A stretch of DNA of 64,000 nucleotides from Cycas panzhihuaensis. Lineage: Eukaryota; Plantae; Cycadophyta. The DNA lies in contig CM041465.1 in NCBI GenBank assembly GCA_023213395.1, positions 101,935,741 to 101,999,740 on the forward strand, read 5' to 3'. Shown in pieces: positions 1 through 13,771 of the stretch. The translations under genes and the position numbers were made by a program. Positions within the stretch are counted from its first letter, which is position 1, and every line of letters begins with the position of its first letter. The notes beneath the pieces are model-generated. The model had not been told where the DNA came from. It worked only from the letters and a program-made list of their open reading frames with translations, and did no database searches.

Positions 1-430
1 ATGGTATTGATATAATATTAGAATCTTACTATGCTAAACAACGTAAATTAGATTATGATATTAATAAGGTAAATATATATAATATGTGAATAAAAATAAC
101 TTATAGATAATTTAATAGATAAGATTAATATTGAAAAGTGAATGTACAAAAAAATATTGAAGATATAATTGAAACGTTGTAAGTATTAAACCAATTATGA
201 TGTACAGAATACGATAATGTTAAAATAGGAGGATCTAACAACATATACAGTACTTATATTATAATGTATTAAATATACACTATTAAGTATATAATATTAT
301 TTAGATTATAACGAAATATAATATATAACTTTATAACAGTAATAATACAATTAAATTATAATGTATATTATAAATATTATTAATATCTATAATATATATT
401 TATAATATTTATAATATAATATATAATAGA
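1..430. repeat. Extremely AT-rich low-complexity DNA (degenerate TA/TAA repeats)
   Basis: Almost no G/C; recurrent ATATAAT/TATTATA words; no ORF. Confidence 0.7.
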
Positions 431-1105
431 TACTATTAATATCTACATCTACAGGAACAATAGGCCAAAATTAATACAATGAAAGTATTAGTATTGCACA
501 GCTATCATCAACTTCCAGATCTTGAGTTTACTATGCAAACTACGTTCAACACCGTCATTGGAGATTTGCTACACAAACTGCATTTAACAATGTCGTTGGA
601 AGGACACATGAATGAATGGCACAAACTTTGAGATAGATGACAAAATTAAGTAAGAACCAAGCAGTGTGTAGGCAAGTATGAGACATGATGAGATGCAAAA
701 ATGAACCGTATGTGAGGACTGACAAGGATGCAGATTGTAAGGATGTAGGGGAAGATTGATTGGTAAATGACAGTACTCAAGAGAATTAACCCCACAAGGC
801 CCACAAGACTGAATAACATAATGTAGGCAAAATAATAGATTAGGACATTAAACAGCTTCAAACCAACCCAACTGAAGGCAAATCTATAGATGTCTTTAGT
901 CTTGAGTTTGTGGCAACTGATACTAATCAATGTTTGCATGCAGGGTCTAGTATATTGACTACAATAACTCTCTAAATAATGAAATAAAGGAAGATGTGAG
1001 AGAGAAATGGAGGAAGATATTTATACTTGAATGAATGAGAGTGGCTACTAGCTTGTAAAGGTCATGAGAACATAAAACACTTAAATGTATAGTAAGGAAT
1101 TCCTA

Positions 1106-1116
1106 CTCTAATACCA
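1106..1116 (-). promoter_or_regulatory. Degenerate tRNA-iMet primer-binding site of a minus-strand LTR element remnant
   Basis: Reverse complement is TGGTATTAGAG (canonical TGGTATCAGAG), 2 nt from a TGTTACA LTR-like end at 1119. Confidence 0.55.
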
Positions 1117-2564
1117 ATTGTTACAGACTAATTCTATAATTGAAGAATAGAGCCAAATAGACAAGCACTCTTGCATGTATTAAATAGTAAAAGAGTTAAT
1201 TGATATTAATTAATAAGAATTGAAAGACGATTACAACATGTTGATAATCCTATTCATAGGTATATTGAGCCCTTTTGTCATCACAAGTCACATATGTTAA
1301 ACATAACCCTTTGAGTAAGGTGATTGATTAATTATCCCTTAAGAAAGTTCATAACATATACTATGTACCCAAAATGCAGTTAAACCTTCTTTTAACCTAG
1401 GAAATTTATAAATAAGGCATGAAGGTGGAGCTTTACAATGATAAATTCTTGATTAAGGATCCAAAGTAAAACTTCTCAGTCATCACTACTAGAAAAGTCA
1501 AGGACAACTTCTAGGTGTTTGAAAATTTTCAATCTTAGAAGAAGTCTTATGCCTTTATTAATAGTGCTGATGACGTGAGTAAACTTTAGCATAATCTCCT
1601 AGGACACCTTAACTATAGGAGCATTACACTACTAAAGAAGTTGAAGATGATAGAAGGATTACCATCATTTTCCTACTTAGATGGTGTTTGTGAAGGGTGT
1701 ATGTATGGCAAGCATCATTGCTATCCTTTTGCTTGAGAGAATGCATGGAGAGCTAAGGAGAAGTTAGAGCTTGTATATTTAGATATAATAGGACCACTCC
1801 CTAACCCTTATATATTAAGAGCTCGATACACCCTTATATATATAGATGATTATACCAAGAAGGCATGGGTTTGCTTTCTCAAAAATAAGTCAAATGTGTT
1901 TGATTACTTCTGTGACTAGAAAGCGATTATAGAAAATGAATATGATAAAAAGATTAAGTCATTAACAAGTGATAATAGCAAAGAATATAACAATCATGCA
2001 TTTAATTAGTTTTATCATAATCATGATATAAAGTGAGAATTTATAGTCCCAAATACCCCATAATAGAATGAAGTTACTAAACAAAAGAATCATACCATGA
2101 TGGAGATGGTGAGATGTATGGTGCACACTGAAAACCTATCACTGATGTTTTGGGCAAAGGTTGTAACAACTGCTATGTATATTTTAAACTAGGTATCCAC
2201 TTAAGCAGTTTATTGCATGACCTTGAAGAGAAATAGACCAATCAGAAGCATGTCATTAGCTATTTGAGAACCTTAGGGTGTATTGGATATACCCACATCC
2301 CTGATAATAGTCACAAGAAGTTAGATTGAAAGAGTCTAAAGTGAATATTCATGGGTTATTATGATCAGAATAAATCTTACAAACTATGGGATCCATAGGG
2401 GAAGAAGATTGTAGTTAGTTAGGATGTAAAATTTGATGAGTCATTGATGTATCATGCTAATAGATCATCAGAAGAGACTTTTTATCCTCCCCTACTCCCA
2501 TTCCTAGATTCATCAAGTGAAGAGGACGATGAACCAGTCACTGGAACACATGAGGAAATAGGAC

Positions 2565-3205
2565 TGTTGAGAATACAAGGTCCCAAACCTTAAACCATCA
2601 CAAGATCTAAACTATTTTGCAACTAATTACAAGAATTGAAACTAAGATTTAACATGCAAGTTCTAAAATTAGAGATAATATAATAACATCAATATACAAT
2701 CTAAACATCATATATGCACCTAATATAACGTGGTAAAAACCTAGCAATATGCTAGGGAAACATCCATATAGGAAAGGTATCGATCTTTATTACTGTAGAA
2801 TGGAGAAACAGTACATCTCAAGAGTGAGTGCTCTCAGAACAACAACCACCAACGCCTCATCACAGTACATTATATTACATTACAACATAATAAGAAAAGC
2901 CCTAAAACAGGCTATATGAGAGGGACATCCAAGGCATGAATCTCAACCATAAAATCTAGAGTATTTGTATCGAATGACCTTGATTCTCTTTACACTTTAA
3001 TAAGGTTTACAGGGCTAATTTTTCAGGTCAGGGGCTATCACCCCCAAACCTCCTCTTAGTGGGGGGCGTTCTACCCCCCCGCACCCCCCGGCCAAGTGGG
3101 GCTCCTACCCCCCTTGGAACCCCCCAAAAAAGATTAGGAGGGGAAATCGCATCGAAAACATGCCAAAATTTTAGCCTTAAACGATTGTTCTCATAATATG
3201 CAACA
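2565..3205 (-). mobile_element. Solo LTR (641 bp) inserted in the INT-RT linker of element A
   Basis: TGTTG...CAACA termini with a perfect 5-bp TSD AGGAC (2560-2564 and 3206-3210); no PBS, PPT or coding sequence. Orientation inferred from a U5-type hairpin motif on the minus strand. Confidence 0.88.
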
Positions 3206-5011
3206 AGGACTAAATGGGATAAGTAATAGTGAGGAGCCATCGTGAGAAGTACCTTTACCTACAAGTCTTTCTAAACCTTTATGGGCAAGGAAGACTATCA
3301 AAGATTCTAGTATGGTGATGCAAACCCTAGTTGATAATTGAAGAATAAGAAATCAACATGCTAATTAAACTCTATTGGTAGACACTAATAACTCCAGTGA
3401 TCCTGATTCATTTGATGAGATAAAAGGAGATCTATATTAGAGAGTTATGATGGAGGAAGAGTATGGTTCATTGATGAAGAACGATATGTAGGATTTAATT
3501 CTGCTACCTCTACTAAAGAACCTTGTTGGATGTAAGTGGGTCTATAAGATGAAGTTTCGCTCTAATGGAGACGTGGATAAGTACAAGGCCAAACTTATCG
3601 CTTAGGGTTTTAAGCAAAAAGAAGGAATTAACTATGAGGAGATGTTTGCACCAATCTCCAAAATGAGGATGGCATGCTTGATCATTTCCTCAATAGCCAC
3701 TTATGGTTAGGAGTTACACCAAGTGGGTATCAAGTCTGTATTCCTTAATGGTGATCTAAAGGAGGAGATCTATATGTCATAGCCTCTAGGATTCGTTAAG
3801 GAAGGCTAGGAGGATCTTGTTTTCTACTTGAAGAAAATGATTTATGGCCTAAAACAAGCACCACATGCTTAGTATGAGAAAATGGATATTGAGTTGAAAG
3901 CTGAAGCTTTTAAAATTTTTGAACTTGATTTGAATTTGTATATGAAAAGGAAGGGGACTTCAATAGTTGCTTGTGTGGTGTATATAGATGACTTAATTAT
4001 TGACAGTAATTATGGTAAGACTATAACAGAAATTAAGTCCAATTTAGTAGTTTCATTTGACATGGTAGATCTCAAGAGACTTCACTATTTCTTGGGCATT
4101 TAAATCAAATAGATGGATGAGAGGATTATTTTATTACAGTCTTAGTACATGAAGAACCTATTAGAGAAGTTTGAGATGCAGAATTATAAACTTATTGCAA
4201 TACTATGTGTAAAGTACACAAGGTTGCAGAAGGATATGGCCAAACCCTCTATAAATAGAACAAAATATTTCCAATTGGTAGGGAGTCTCATTTACTTGAC
4301 TTATACCAGACCAGATATCACCTATATTATTGGATTAGTTTCCCACTACATATAGAATCCTTAGGAGATTCATTTGGTTGTAGTGAAGGGGATTGTGAGG
4401 TACTTGAAGGGGATAATCAATCTTAGTCTTCAATGCCATTAATGTGAAGAGATAAAGTTGCATGGCTATACGAATGCTAATTGGGAAGGAGACTCTAATG
4501 ATTGGAAGTCTAGTGCTAGATACTATTTGGTATTGGTAATGGATTTATTCTATAGCAGTCAAAGAAGTAGTAGATAGTTGTGTTATCTTCTACAAAGGTT
4601 GAATATCAAGAACTTAATGCTAGTGCAAAGGAAGTTATATGGTTGCAAGGTCTCTTAGAGTTTCCAATGGACATTCAATTATCTCTGTTGATAATTAGAG
4701 TATCATTCGTCTATCAAAGAATCTAGAGTTTCATGCATGTATGAAGTATATCAAGATTTAGCACCACTACATTTGTAAATAGATCAAGCCAGGAAAGCTA
4801 TAGATTGACTATTATCCAAATGAATTTCAGCTTGTGAACATGTTCACCAAGCCACTTGTTGAAGATCAATTCATGAAGATGCGTATCAGTTTAGGACTCA
4901 CCAATGTTATCCTTAACGAAGAATATATTAACAAGGATAAAGAAGCTACAGGATAGTCCCAGCCTTCTTGATAACATAACTATTATAGTTTACAGGCTTC
5001 CCACATTGACA

Positions 5012-5338
5012 TTAAGGGGGAATGTTAATATGGCAATTATTTATTAAGCCACTAAGTTAATGTTAATATGGTTTAACTAAGGTGATTAAGCGAAAAGGTA
5101 CGATTTATTCAGAGGGTCACAACCCTAATCGGGTGACACCTCTTGGAAGAGTATAAAAGCCTTGGGCCCTTGTTTATTTTATTTATTAAATTATTGTGAA
5201 ATAATTAATATGATCTAGAAGGATCTTTTATGGTAGGTTTTTTCCCAAAAGGGTTTTCCCATATAAATCCTATGTATTGCGCATCTGTATTCTGTGTGTA
5301 TTTTTGTTTGCTTATCATGTATGGTTAAAGATTTTACA
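5012..5338 (+). repeat. PPT (5012-5022) and 3' LTR (5023-5338) of element A
   Basis: TTAAGGGGGAA, then TGTTAA...TTTTACA; TATAAAA box near 5152. Confidence 0.8.
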
Positions 5339-6581
5339 GATGGGAATATACCTATATGATTTCATGTTCCTAAATAAAATCCAATGTAATGATGATGATG
5401 TAGAGCAAGCGAGTATAGAAACACATGATCGATTATATAAATATCCATGGCAATGATCACACGATTGTGAATAGATGAGGGTACAAGTCAAGATGAAATG
5501 TCAACAAGGTGTAATGAACAATACTCAAAATCACACATATGGATGATAATAGCGTGATTACAGGCAATGGATTCATACATAGTAGATCAACAGACTCCAC
5601 ACAGTCTTTATGACATGGTCTATGTTCCCATGGCTAGTTGGTACACTTGGTAGGATCTTTGTGAAATGTCAATAGGTATTATGAACTCTTGCTCTTCCTC
5701 AAATGGTGATACTCCAATGAAACTTCCAACCTTGATACATATGCATAAGCCTATGAACAACTAATAGTAAATGTAGGGCATGTTCCTCACTAGTGATAGG
5801 GACAACCAACTTAGTGCAAGATAATGATATAGGCCATAAACCCTCTAGTAATGCTGAGATAATTTACATAATCTATTATATTTACAAAATAGTCTTGTAC
5901 GCATGTAGGGCGATAAATGAAGGAGCTTTAATATAATTTTTCCACATAGATCTCATACATGTAGAGCTGTTAGTACATTCTTCAACTAGGGAAGAATAGT
6001 AGAAAGCTTAGGTGAGTTTCATGTGTAGTACCTCCAAGAAAAATTACAAAAGTAGCACAAACAATAATACCATGATTTCACTCTAATAGATGGAAATATC
6101 TTAGTATGGCAATAATAATAGGTAACCCTCAACTAACAAATACTTAAATAATAAAACAATGGAATAAATATGGTAATAAGTCCACAGTAAATGATGAATA
6201 AGAGAGTAATGCAGGAACTAAATAATCTCCATGACCGAATGATTGCAAAGGTCTTTATGATGTGCGTTGTGGAGAGAAAATCACAACTTATGAGTTTTCA
6301 ATATTAAATTAACATGCACATTATATAATCATGGCAGCACTCCACAAATAATCACAGACTAGGGAATAATACAGAGCATAGATGAACACAAGAATGGAAC
6401 TAAATGAATTCTCTAATAGAACATGGGCGAGCCCAATGGCTTTTTCATAAACTTATAGGTTAGGTTTCTTCTCATAGCAAGTATAATTACTTGCACATTA
6501 GAACTTCTGCATAACCAAAAAGGGGAAAAAGGCTCTATAAAGCCACTTCCTTAAATAACTTTATCTCTTAGGATCAACCCA

Positions 6582-6865
6582 CTCTGATACCATGTTGAAT
6601 TTTTGCATCATATTAATAAGAATAAAATGAAAATGACAAAACACCATAGAAAAATAGCTAGATCAAAAGATATTTTTATTGTATTGACAGAACAAAATAA
6701 TGATTCAAAATAATCCCATTTGATATGAGAGAGATATAAATGTTAACATGGTGATGCTTTTATAAACTACAAATTTTTATTTATGAGGGACCCACCACCT
6801 TGTTGTTTACTTGGTTAAATATGCATTACCTAGTTAATTGTATATAATACATCATTATTCCAACA
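6582..6865 (-). mobile_element. Minus-strand 5' LTR (6593-6865) with tRNA-iMet PBS (6582-6592); unrecognised internal region extends left to ~5340
   Basis: CTCTGATACCA is the reverse complement of TGGTATCAGAG and directly abuts TGTTG; a matching CAACA lies at 6861-6865. Confidence 0.7.
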
Positions 6866-8449
6866 TTAAAAAAGAGTGAAAATTATGTGATTAAAAAGGG
6901 TTTGATTAGGATTATTTGAAACTCTTTTTTTTTTTAATAAGGCCCTACATTATAAATGGGCATGGCCACAACTAGATCTTTGTTGTAATAATTAAGATCA
7001 AGTCTTCATTACTATCACTGTTCTTTTTATTTACATTGATTAGGATCAACGATATTATCATTATTAAAGATTATTAATATTGATTAAGATCTAAGTATTG
7101 ATTAGATGAAGTTGATTCAAAAGAAAATAGAATCAAATTCACCCCTTTCTTTGATTGGTAATACCCATCTACTTTTGATCTTAGTGCTCACAAGTCTGAC
7201 ATGATTGATGGTACTCAATAATTGATGACAATATATTGATTGATCAAGTTCACTCTCCTTTCATTTGGCTTGTTGAAGTTTCATCTTTATATGATTTTAT
7301 TTGCACTTCCTCTTATATGATCGACTTATATATTTATTTTATTAGTCGACTTAAGTCTCTAATTTGTTAGCAGAATTTACTTCTTCATTTAACATGTGCT
7401 TCCTCTTATGTGATTGGCTTATATATGTTCAATCTAACTTTTGATTGCCATTGTTGGGCATGGTTGGCTTTTTCTTTGGAATTTTGTTACTACCCTCTTC
7501 AAATCGACATATCCGATTGTTGTTTTAAGTGATGATGTCATGCTCTTAATTAACAATGTTACTTTTAACATCTTGCTACCTTTATTTGGTTCCCCTTTGC
7601 TTTGTATCACTATCTAGTGAGCTTGAATATACGAACTCTTTAATTATTATATGCTAATTTAGATTACTAGTAACTTCCTTCTATTTTGTTTGATCATCAA
7701 TATGTTGTCTCCCTAGTTTTGAATAATGTGTACACCCTATAAACATTGTTGTCTTAGTAAAGCATTAGAAGTTTATGGCATTTTGGGTACTATTGAGATG
7801 ATGATGAAATCCATTATAAAGATTTGGTTTTCAATTTGAATTTTCTATGCCATTATCAATATGAGAGGCTTCATGCCCTACTTATTTGCCATCCCTAATA
7901 AAAAATGGTGTGGCCACAAAGTTGGTTTTCTTAATCCCCTCTAGGTGGTCTTTGATATAATATTGACTTTTGTTCCTTTATTGACCATAATATCCCTTAA
8001 TATATTAGCCAAATTTTAAATAACCAACTTTGTGTCTTGATCACTTTCAAAACTATAACTTGGCCATATTTGGATTGCATTCTACCCTTGGATCATTTGC
8101 AATTGGTTTCCCTTTGTGGAGGCTTTATGCAATTATAATTAGTGCTTGTTGCCACTTTCTTGCTCCTACCATTTTATATTATAGAGAATTACAGCCTAGT
8201 TACCTCATACAAAGCCAAAAAGAGTAGAAAATAGATATTTTAATGTAATAAAATACTTGTAGGAATTTGATAAATATATTAAAATTAGTTTTTTAGAAGT
8301 AAATTAGTACTTTAGCCATAATTTGAATGATTATTGGATTATATATAGAGTTGCTAATTTGAGTGATACTTTTGTTTGTAATAATTATCTCATAAAGGTA
8401 TTTATTCTTATTAGCATATGTGGTCTCTAATTTTATTTTATTTTTTTAT

Positions 8450-9690
8450 GATAAGTACATAACCTAGGACTTAGGTTATGAGGAATAAATGAGCCGAGAA
8501 TAAAAACAACACATGAATATTTTGGTAGGATCATTATACCTCTAATTATTTTATTTTTCTAATATCAACTATATGATATAATGTATAATACATATGTGAA
8601 TACATGTGTGGGTAAGTAATTGTCCGTTAAACTAGTAATTGCCTTAACATATGTCACATACTCATTAAAGATTTTAATTCTTAGGGTTATGGCTCACATT
8701 AAATCACCCATTAGTGATTCATCTATCTGTTAGAACTCATAACATTAAGTTATGACCCAAGTAAATATTAATTCCAATTGTTTCCTTTAATGTTAACTTC
8801 ATAATACCAATATCATCTTTGAACCTATCAAATTTATCTTATACTAGCGGTTTGGTAAAGATGTATATGAATTGCTTGTTCATAAGCCTCTAAATTAGCT
8901 CAATCTCTTTATTTTGGATTTTCTCTTTAATAAAATGATAATGTACTTTGATATGTTTGTTGTAAGTATAAAATACTAAATTCTTTGCTAACTTTAGCAT
9001 ACTTTGATTGTCATAGTACAACTTTGTAGCACCTTTTTCATAAAGACCTAAATAACCAAAACTTTATTTTAACTAGGTTATTTCATATGTTTCTTCAATT
9101 ATAGTCTTGTACTATGATTTGATCAAATAAGAAGTAATATTGGGTTGTTTTGTATAGCACCAAGTTATAACAATTGATTTAAGACTGAAACATTATCTAA
9201 AAGTGGGCTTTATTCTATCAATGAATTCAACCCAATCTTAATAAAACTATCTTTCTAATTTAAAGAAGTTATTATGAATGAATTCAAGTGAATATTGTAA
9301 AGATCTTTACAAGTGTCTCAAAATGTTATTTGTAGCTTTCTAATGGCCCTATTGTAGTTATGTCATGAACTTAGATGCTATACCTAATACATAAGTAATA
9401 TCGAATATAATTGTAGTTAAACATATGAGACTTCTAATTAGTTGTCTATAGAAAGTGCCATATACTTGTTTTTCTTCATCTTAAGTTGATAATTTGTCCA
9501 TCTCCATTACAATAGGTATAGGCTTATAGTCCTCTATTCTTTTTTTCTTTAAAGAAATTTCCATATATATGTATCCCTTATAAAATAAATATCTGACTAT
9601 CTCTTTTTGCCAAATTTTAACTCTAAGAAAGTAACATAGTAGTCTAAGATGTATCATTTTAAAGCTACTTTTAAGATCTTTCTTTAAAGC
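8450..9690 (-). mobile_element. Copia RT C-terminus/RNase H remnant with degenerate PPT and 3' LTR
   Basis: Minus-strand motifs resembling YFLRVKI, QLIRSLIC, CDNQS (~9010), KHIK (~8950) and IFTKPL (~8850); purine tract near 8780-8790. Boundaries approximate. Confidence 0.75.
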
Positions 9691-11749
9691 AAGTTCCTTC
9701 TATTTAATATTATTTACATATTCCTTGAGTATTTCGTTTGGTTTGGATGAGGTAGTCCCACCCTTGTAAGGCTCGACTCTTTCCCAGTCTTGCATCCTAA
9801 TTACAACCTCTCTTCTGAAGAATCGGTGCCCTAGGAAGTAATTATTTTTGCCTTGTATACATAAGTTTGTATTTACTCTATAATCTCTTAAAAAATACAT
9901 TTCTTGTGATGCATTATATCCGTGTTGATCAATTTACTCACATCTATTGTAGTGACAATCTTCCATCTACATGGCCAATATAAGTCATCACATCTCTTCC
10001 CAACTAACTCTTTATTGTGCCTATTTGCTTCTTCATCTGTGGCACCTCACATTATTTATATTTCATTCAAGTCTCAGGTGATTAGAAATACTTGAAGACC
10101 ACTTTATACCAATATATAGTGAGTGACATACTACTTTAAGTGACTTTCAATCCATCCATTGAAGACTTTAAAGGCATAAAAAATAGAAGATTATTGATTA
10201 TGCTAAGGAATTGATTTAATCTAAAGATTGTGTAGTGCTCTAAAGTGTCACGGCTCTCTTCAACCAAGCAATGAATCTGCATTGAGTGTATTCATGTACC
10301 TTGCATTAAGTCCCTGCATCCTTGTGTGGAGTCCATCTTTGCATACGGTTGTCTATGCCTGTGTGATTACGTTTATGCTCAACAAACAACAATAATATGT
10401 TTTAGCATTAGAAATCTTATATATTTTAAAAATGTTTTAAACATTTGTAGTTGAAATATATTTGTGACCGATATAGTTTTAATGTCTTAAATATTTATAC
10501 GAAGTTGGGTTGTTTACATTCTTGTTAAAAGTTGTTGCAAAATATTTGTGTTGTTTCTTAAGCAAATGAACCTTATAAATATCTATGTCACCATTCCTTT
10601 TACGTCTATGTTTATGGTCTTCATTTAATTTGTGGCTAGCATTTTTTATTTATGTGTAAGTTTTCTCTAAATATTTTAATCTCACTTTACAAACCTTTGT
10701 AAATTTTATAAATGTGCACCTACAAATTTTCACTTGGGTCCATAATGACATAATATCATTGGTGGTTGTGTATGACTATTCTTCTCAGTCTATATTTTTA
10801 TTTTATTCATGCTTTTGGATCAAACAAGGTTGTTTTATTAATCACTATCTTCATTTGAAGTTGCCCATCATAGTGACATACTTTCTTTTTTGGCAAGACT
10901 GTTGTTTATTTTGTGAAGGCTAATATTCAAGCTCGTATACTATTAATTAATTATTTTAAACTTTTGTGAATGTATTAAAGTATTTAAATTTCTTTTCATT
11001 ATTTAGTAGCCACCTATCTTATAGCTAACAGATCACATTCAGGAGTTAAAGTGACTAAGAATAATTTTTTCAAAGAGGCTAAGTTATTTTTCAAAGTTAC
11101 TATTTCGAAATTAAGACCTATCTTTGCTCTAATAGCCATAACTCTCTTCAATGAAGTCAAAATTAAGTTATGTTAGCTTCAAGTTAAAGTACATTTCCAC
11201 TTGCACAAAACGAGTAGTCATGCGACCATATTTTATTTCTATTTGATGTACTTTTTAATGGTTTAAATTGATTAAAATTTATTTGATCCTTATGTGTTAA
11301 AAGGTTCATTTTTCTTTATATATTTTAATATATATCTTGGTCATATGATATCAAAATTAAGTCTTATCTAAAACATTGGATTCCATTTTCTATCCTCTAT
11401 TAAGTGGTTAAAACTTTAACTTTTTTTAAGTCATTAAATATAACTTTTTAATACTTAAAATTGGTACTAGTTGTGGGCTTCCTATGTGATGTCTCTTATA
11501 GAAACTAGTCAAATTTTAGTTTGTAAACTCTCATTAATACAAAAATTTATTTTTTGAGGTGGTTAAGTCCTAATTAAGACATTTGTCTAAGTCTCAAAAT
11601 TGAAATGGGACAAATCTTATTGCCTTTTAGTACCTCTTTTATTTCTTGTTTTTAGTACTTTAATTACACTTTATTTCAAGTACTTTATTTTCTAAAAGAT
11701 TATTTTTTAAGGAAATTTTTTTATTATAACATTAAATATTAGAAATGTT

Positions 11750-13473
11750 ATGGTGCCCAAGTTTGATTGCATAATTTTTTTTAATTGGAGTAGGTGTATA
11801 AATCTAATCTTTATTGCCAAAGATATGTGAGAGCTTATTGAAACATGTTATGAATTGCTTACTAAAAATGCCACAGAGGATGAGAAGAAAAGCTTTAAGA
11901 AGAATGAAAAGAGAGACAAGGAAGCACTTGCATTCATCTTTTACATTCTAGAGGATCATATCTTGCTAAGGGTCAAAGAAGTAGCCACATCAAATGAGAC
12001 ATGAGATGTACTAAAGACAACATATGAAGGAGCAGCATCATTAAAGCTTCAAACTTTAAGGAGAAAGTTTGAGAATCTAAGGATGACTACTCATGAAGGA
12101 ATTATTGAATTTATTACAAAGATCTAAGGCCTAGTTAACTAGATGAGGACCTTAGAAGAGATAATTAGTAAGTAAATAGTAGTTAAAAAAATATTAAGCT
12201 ATGTAAACGATATCAAGTAATTTGAGATGATAGCCACTAACATAGAGGTTTTTAAGGACCTTATCACCCTTAAGATAAATTAATTAAGTGCCATGCTCCT
12301 ACTTATAGAAGAGAAAAAGGAAGGAAGTGAATCTATTGAGTATATTTTTGTCACTAAGGTAAAAATTTGACCCATATATTAGGGATAAAGCTCTAAGGGT
12401 AAAGGTCAATCCCCTAGAGGAAAAGACCAATCTAGAAACCAGATTCAAAGACAAGGTTAAAACTACTAGAGTTATCATCAAGGTCAAGGCTTTCAAACAC
12501 ATGATTAAGGTAACCATTAAGGACAATGCCCAAATTAATTTTATTAAGGGAAAAATTAATTCCAAAATCAAAGGCATTTTTAAAACTAAGGCCAAGGCCA
12601 AAATTATAGACTTCAAGGAAGAGGAAGAGGTCAAAGTCCTAAGGGGAGAAACCAAGGATAAAGAGGTAGAAATCTAAGGGGTAGAGGAACAATCCAATGT
12701 TCTTACTACCATAGAAATTATTATTTAGAAGAAAACTATTTTGTAAAAAGGTCAAGTTCACAAAGAAGAATTACTAATACAACTATTGAGAAAAGACAAT
12801 ATGATAGATTATTTCTTTCAAGCTTAATAGCCAATAAAGAAGAAGACAATTGGTATATCAATCTAGGCTGTTCCACACACATGATTCATAGGGAAGAGTG
12901 GTTTAAGAAATTTGATAACTCCAAGAAAAGTAAAATTATATTTGGGGATAACACCACTTAAGTAGTTGTTAGTAAAAGAAATGTCTCCATAGTAATTAAT
13001 TTTAAAGAAATAAGGTACATAAATGATGTATTTCATGTTCTAACACTCAATAAGAGCTTATTTTCAGTGGGTCAGATAACGAAACAGAAATATAAAGCAA
13101 TATTTGACAATAAAGAATGTACCATTAAAGATAAATTAAGGAATAAAGCAATTGTGGCCAAAGGATAAATGACTAATGATAGGCTATTCAAACTGTTCAT
13201 ATCTCCAATAGACTATTATGCTTTAAAAGCATCAATAAATATGGACTATAAAACATGGTACAGAAGACATAGCCATGTAAATTACAATAGTTTGGCCTTA
13301 ATAAAAGGAATAGATATGGTAATTAGACTTCCTACTATTGAACCTCGTAAGGAATTATGTGAAAGATGCATACTTGGAAAGTAGTAAAGAGAAGGATTTC
13401 CCAATGAACATTATAGGGCCAATGGGCCCCTTCAATTAATATATATATTTATATGGTCTAATGAATATGCCCT
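11750..13473 (+). pseudogene. gag-pol: Element B gag-protease-GAG-pre-integrase (degenerate)
   Basis: VPKFD start; LKLQTLRRKFENLRM; QG/RG-rich tract; WYIN.GCSTHM protease near 12850; ORF 13169-13384 W.RRHSHVN...CERCILGK. Confidence 0.85.
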
Positions 13474-13771
13474 TGAAAAGGGTTAGTGTCACAAGGTCAT
13501 TATATTAGTTGATTATTTCGAAAAAGGGTCTTAAGTAAACTTTAAATTAGATCACTTAAGTGAAATACACTTTCATGTGCATTATTTGTAATTTCATTTC
13601 ACCTAACTCTAATGCTCCCTCTCTCAATATAAAAGTAAAAGCTCAATGGAGGAGATTCATTCTTACCTCCCCATTTTGTGAGAGCTACTTTCTTTCTCTC
13701 AAGTCTCTCTTACTCCCATGTTTGCCTTTGTGTTTAGTGCATGGAGATGAAGGATAGATCCACTCTTTTCA
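13474..13771 (+). repeat. 5' LTR of element C
   Basis: Colinear with 20771-21068; about 24 substitutions by manual count, mostly transitions. Confidence 0.96.

Larger units (their letters stand above)
1330..5338 (+). mobile_element. Ty1/Copia element A, 5'-truncated, degenerate pol plus 3' LTR
   Basis: VHNIYYVPKM near 1345; GAG-pre-integrase CEGCMYGK near 1690; integrase YIDDYTKKAWV near 1840; RT (GCKWVYKMK, YGLKQAP, YIDDL, LTYTRPDI); RNase H ending NMFTKPL near 4850; PPT and LTR. Many stops. Confidence 0.92.

Noticed and set aside
646-939. 97-aa hydrophobic minus-strand ORF
   Set aside because: No motif; composition explained by a T-rich strand.
9700-11700. Possible DNA-transposon or host-gene remnant
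   Set aside because: I could not identify TIRs, TSDs, exons or protein motifs; left unannotated (likewise 6900-8400 and 40000-40430).
12299-12655. Hydrophobic 118-aa minus-strand ORF resembling a membrane/env protein
   Set aside because: Antisense shadow of the purine-rich gag tract of element B.
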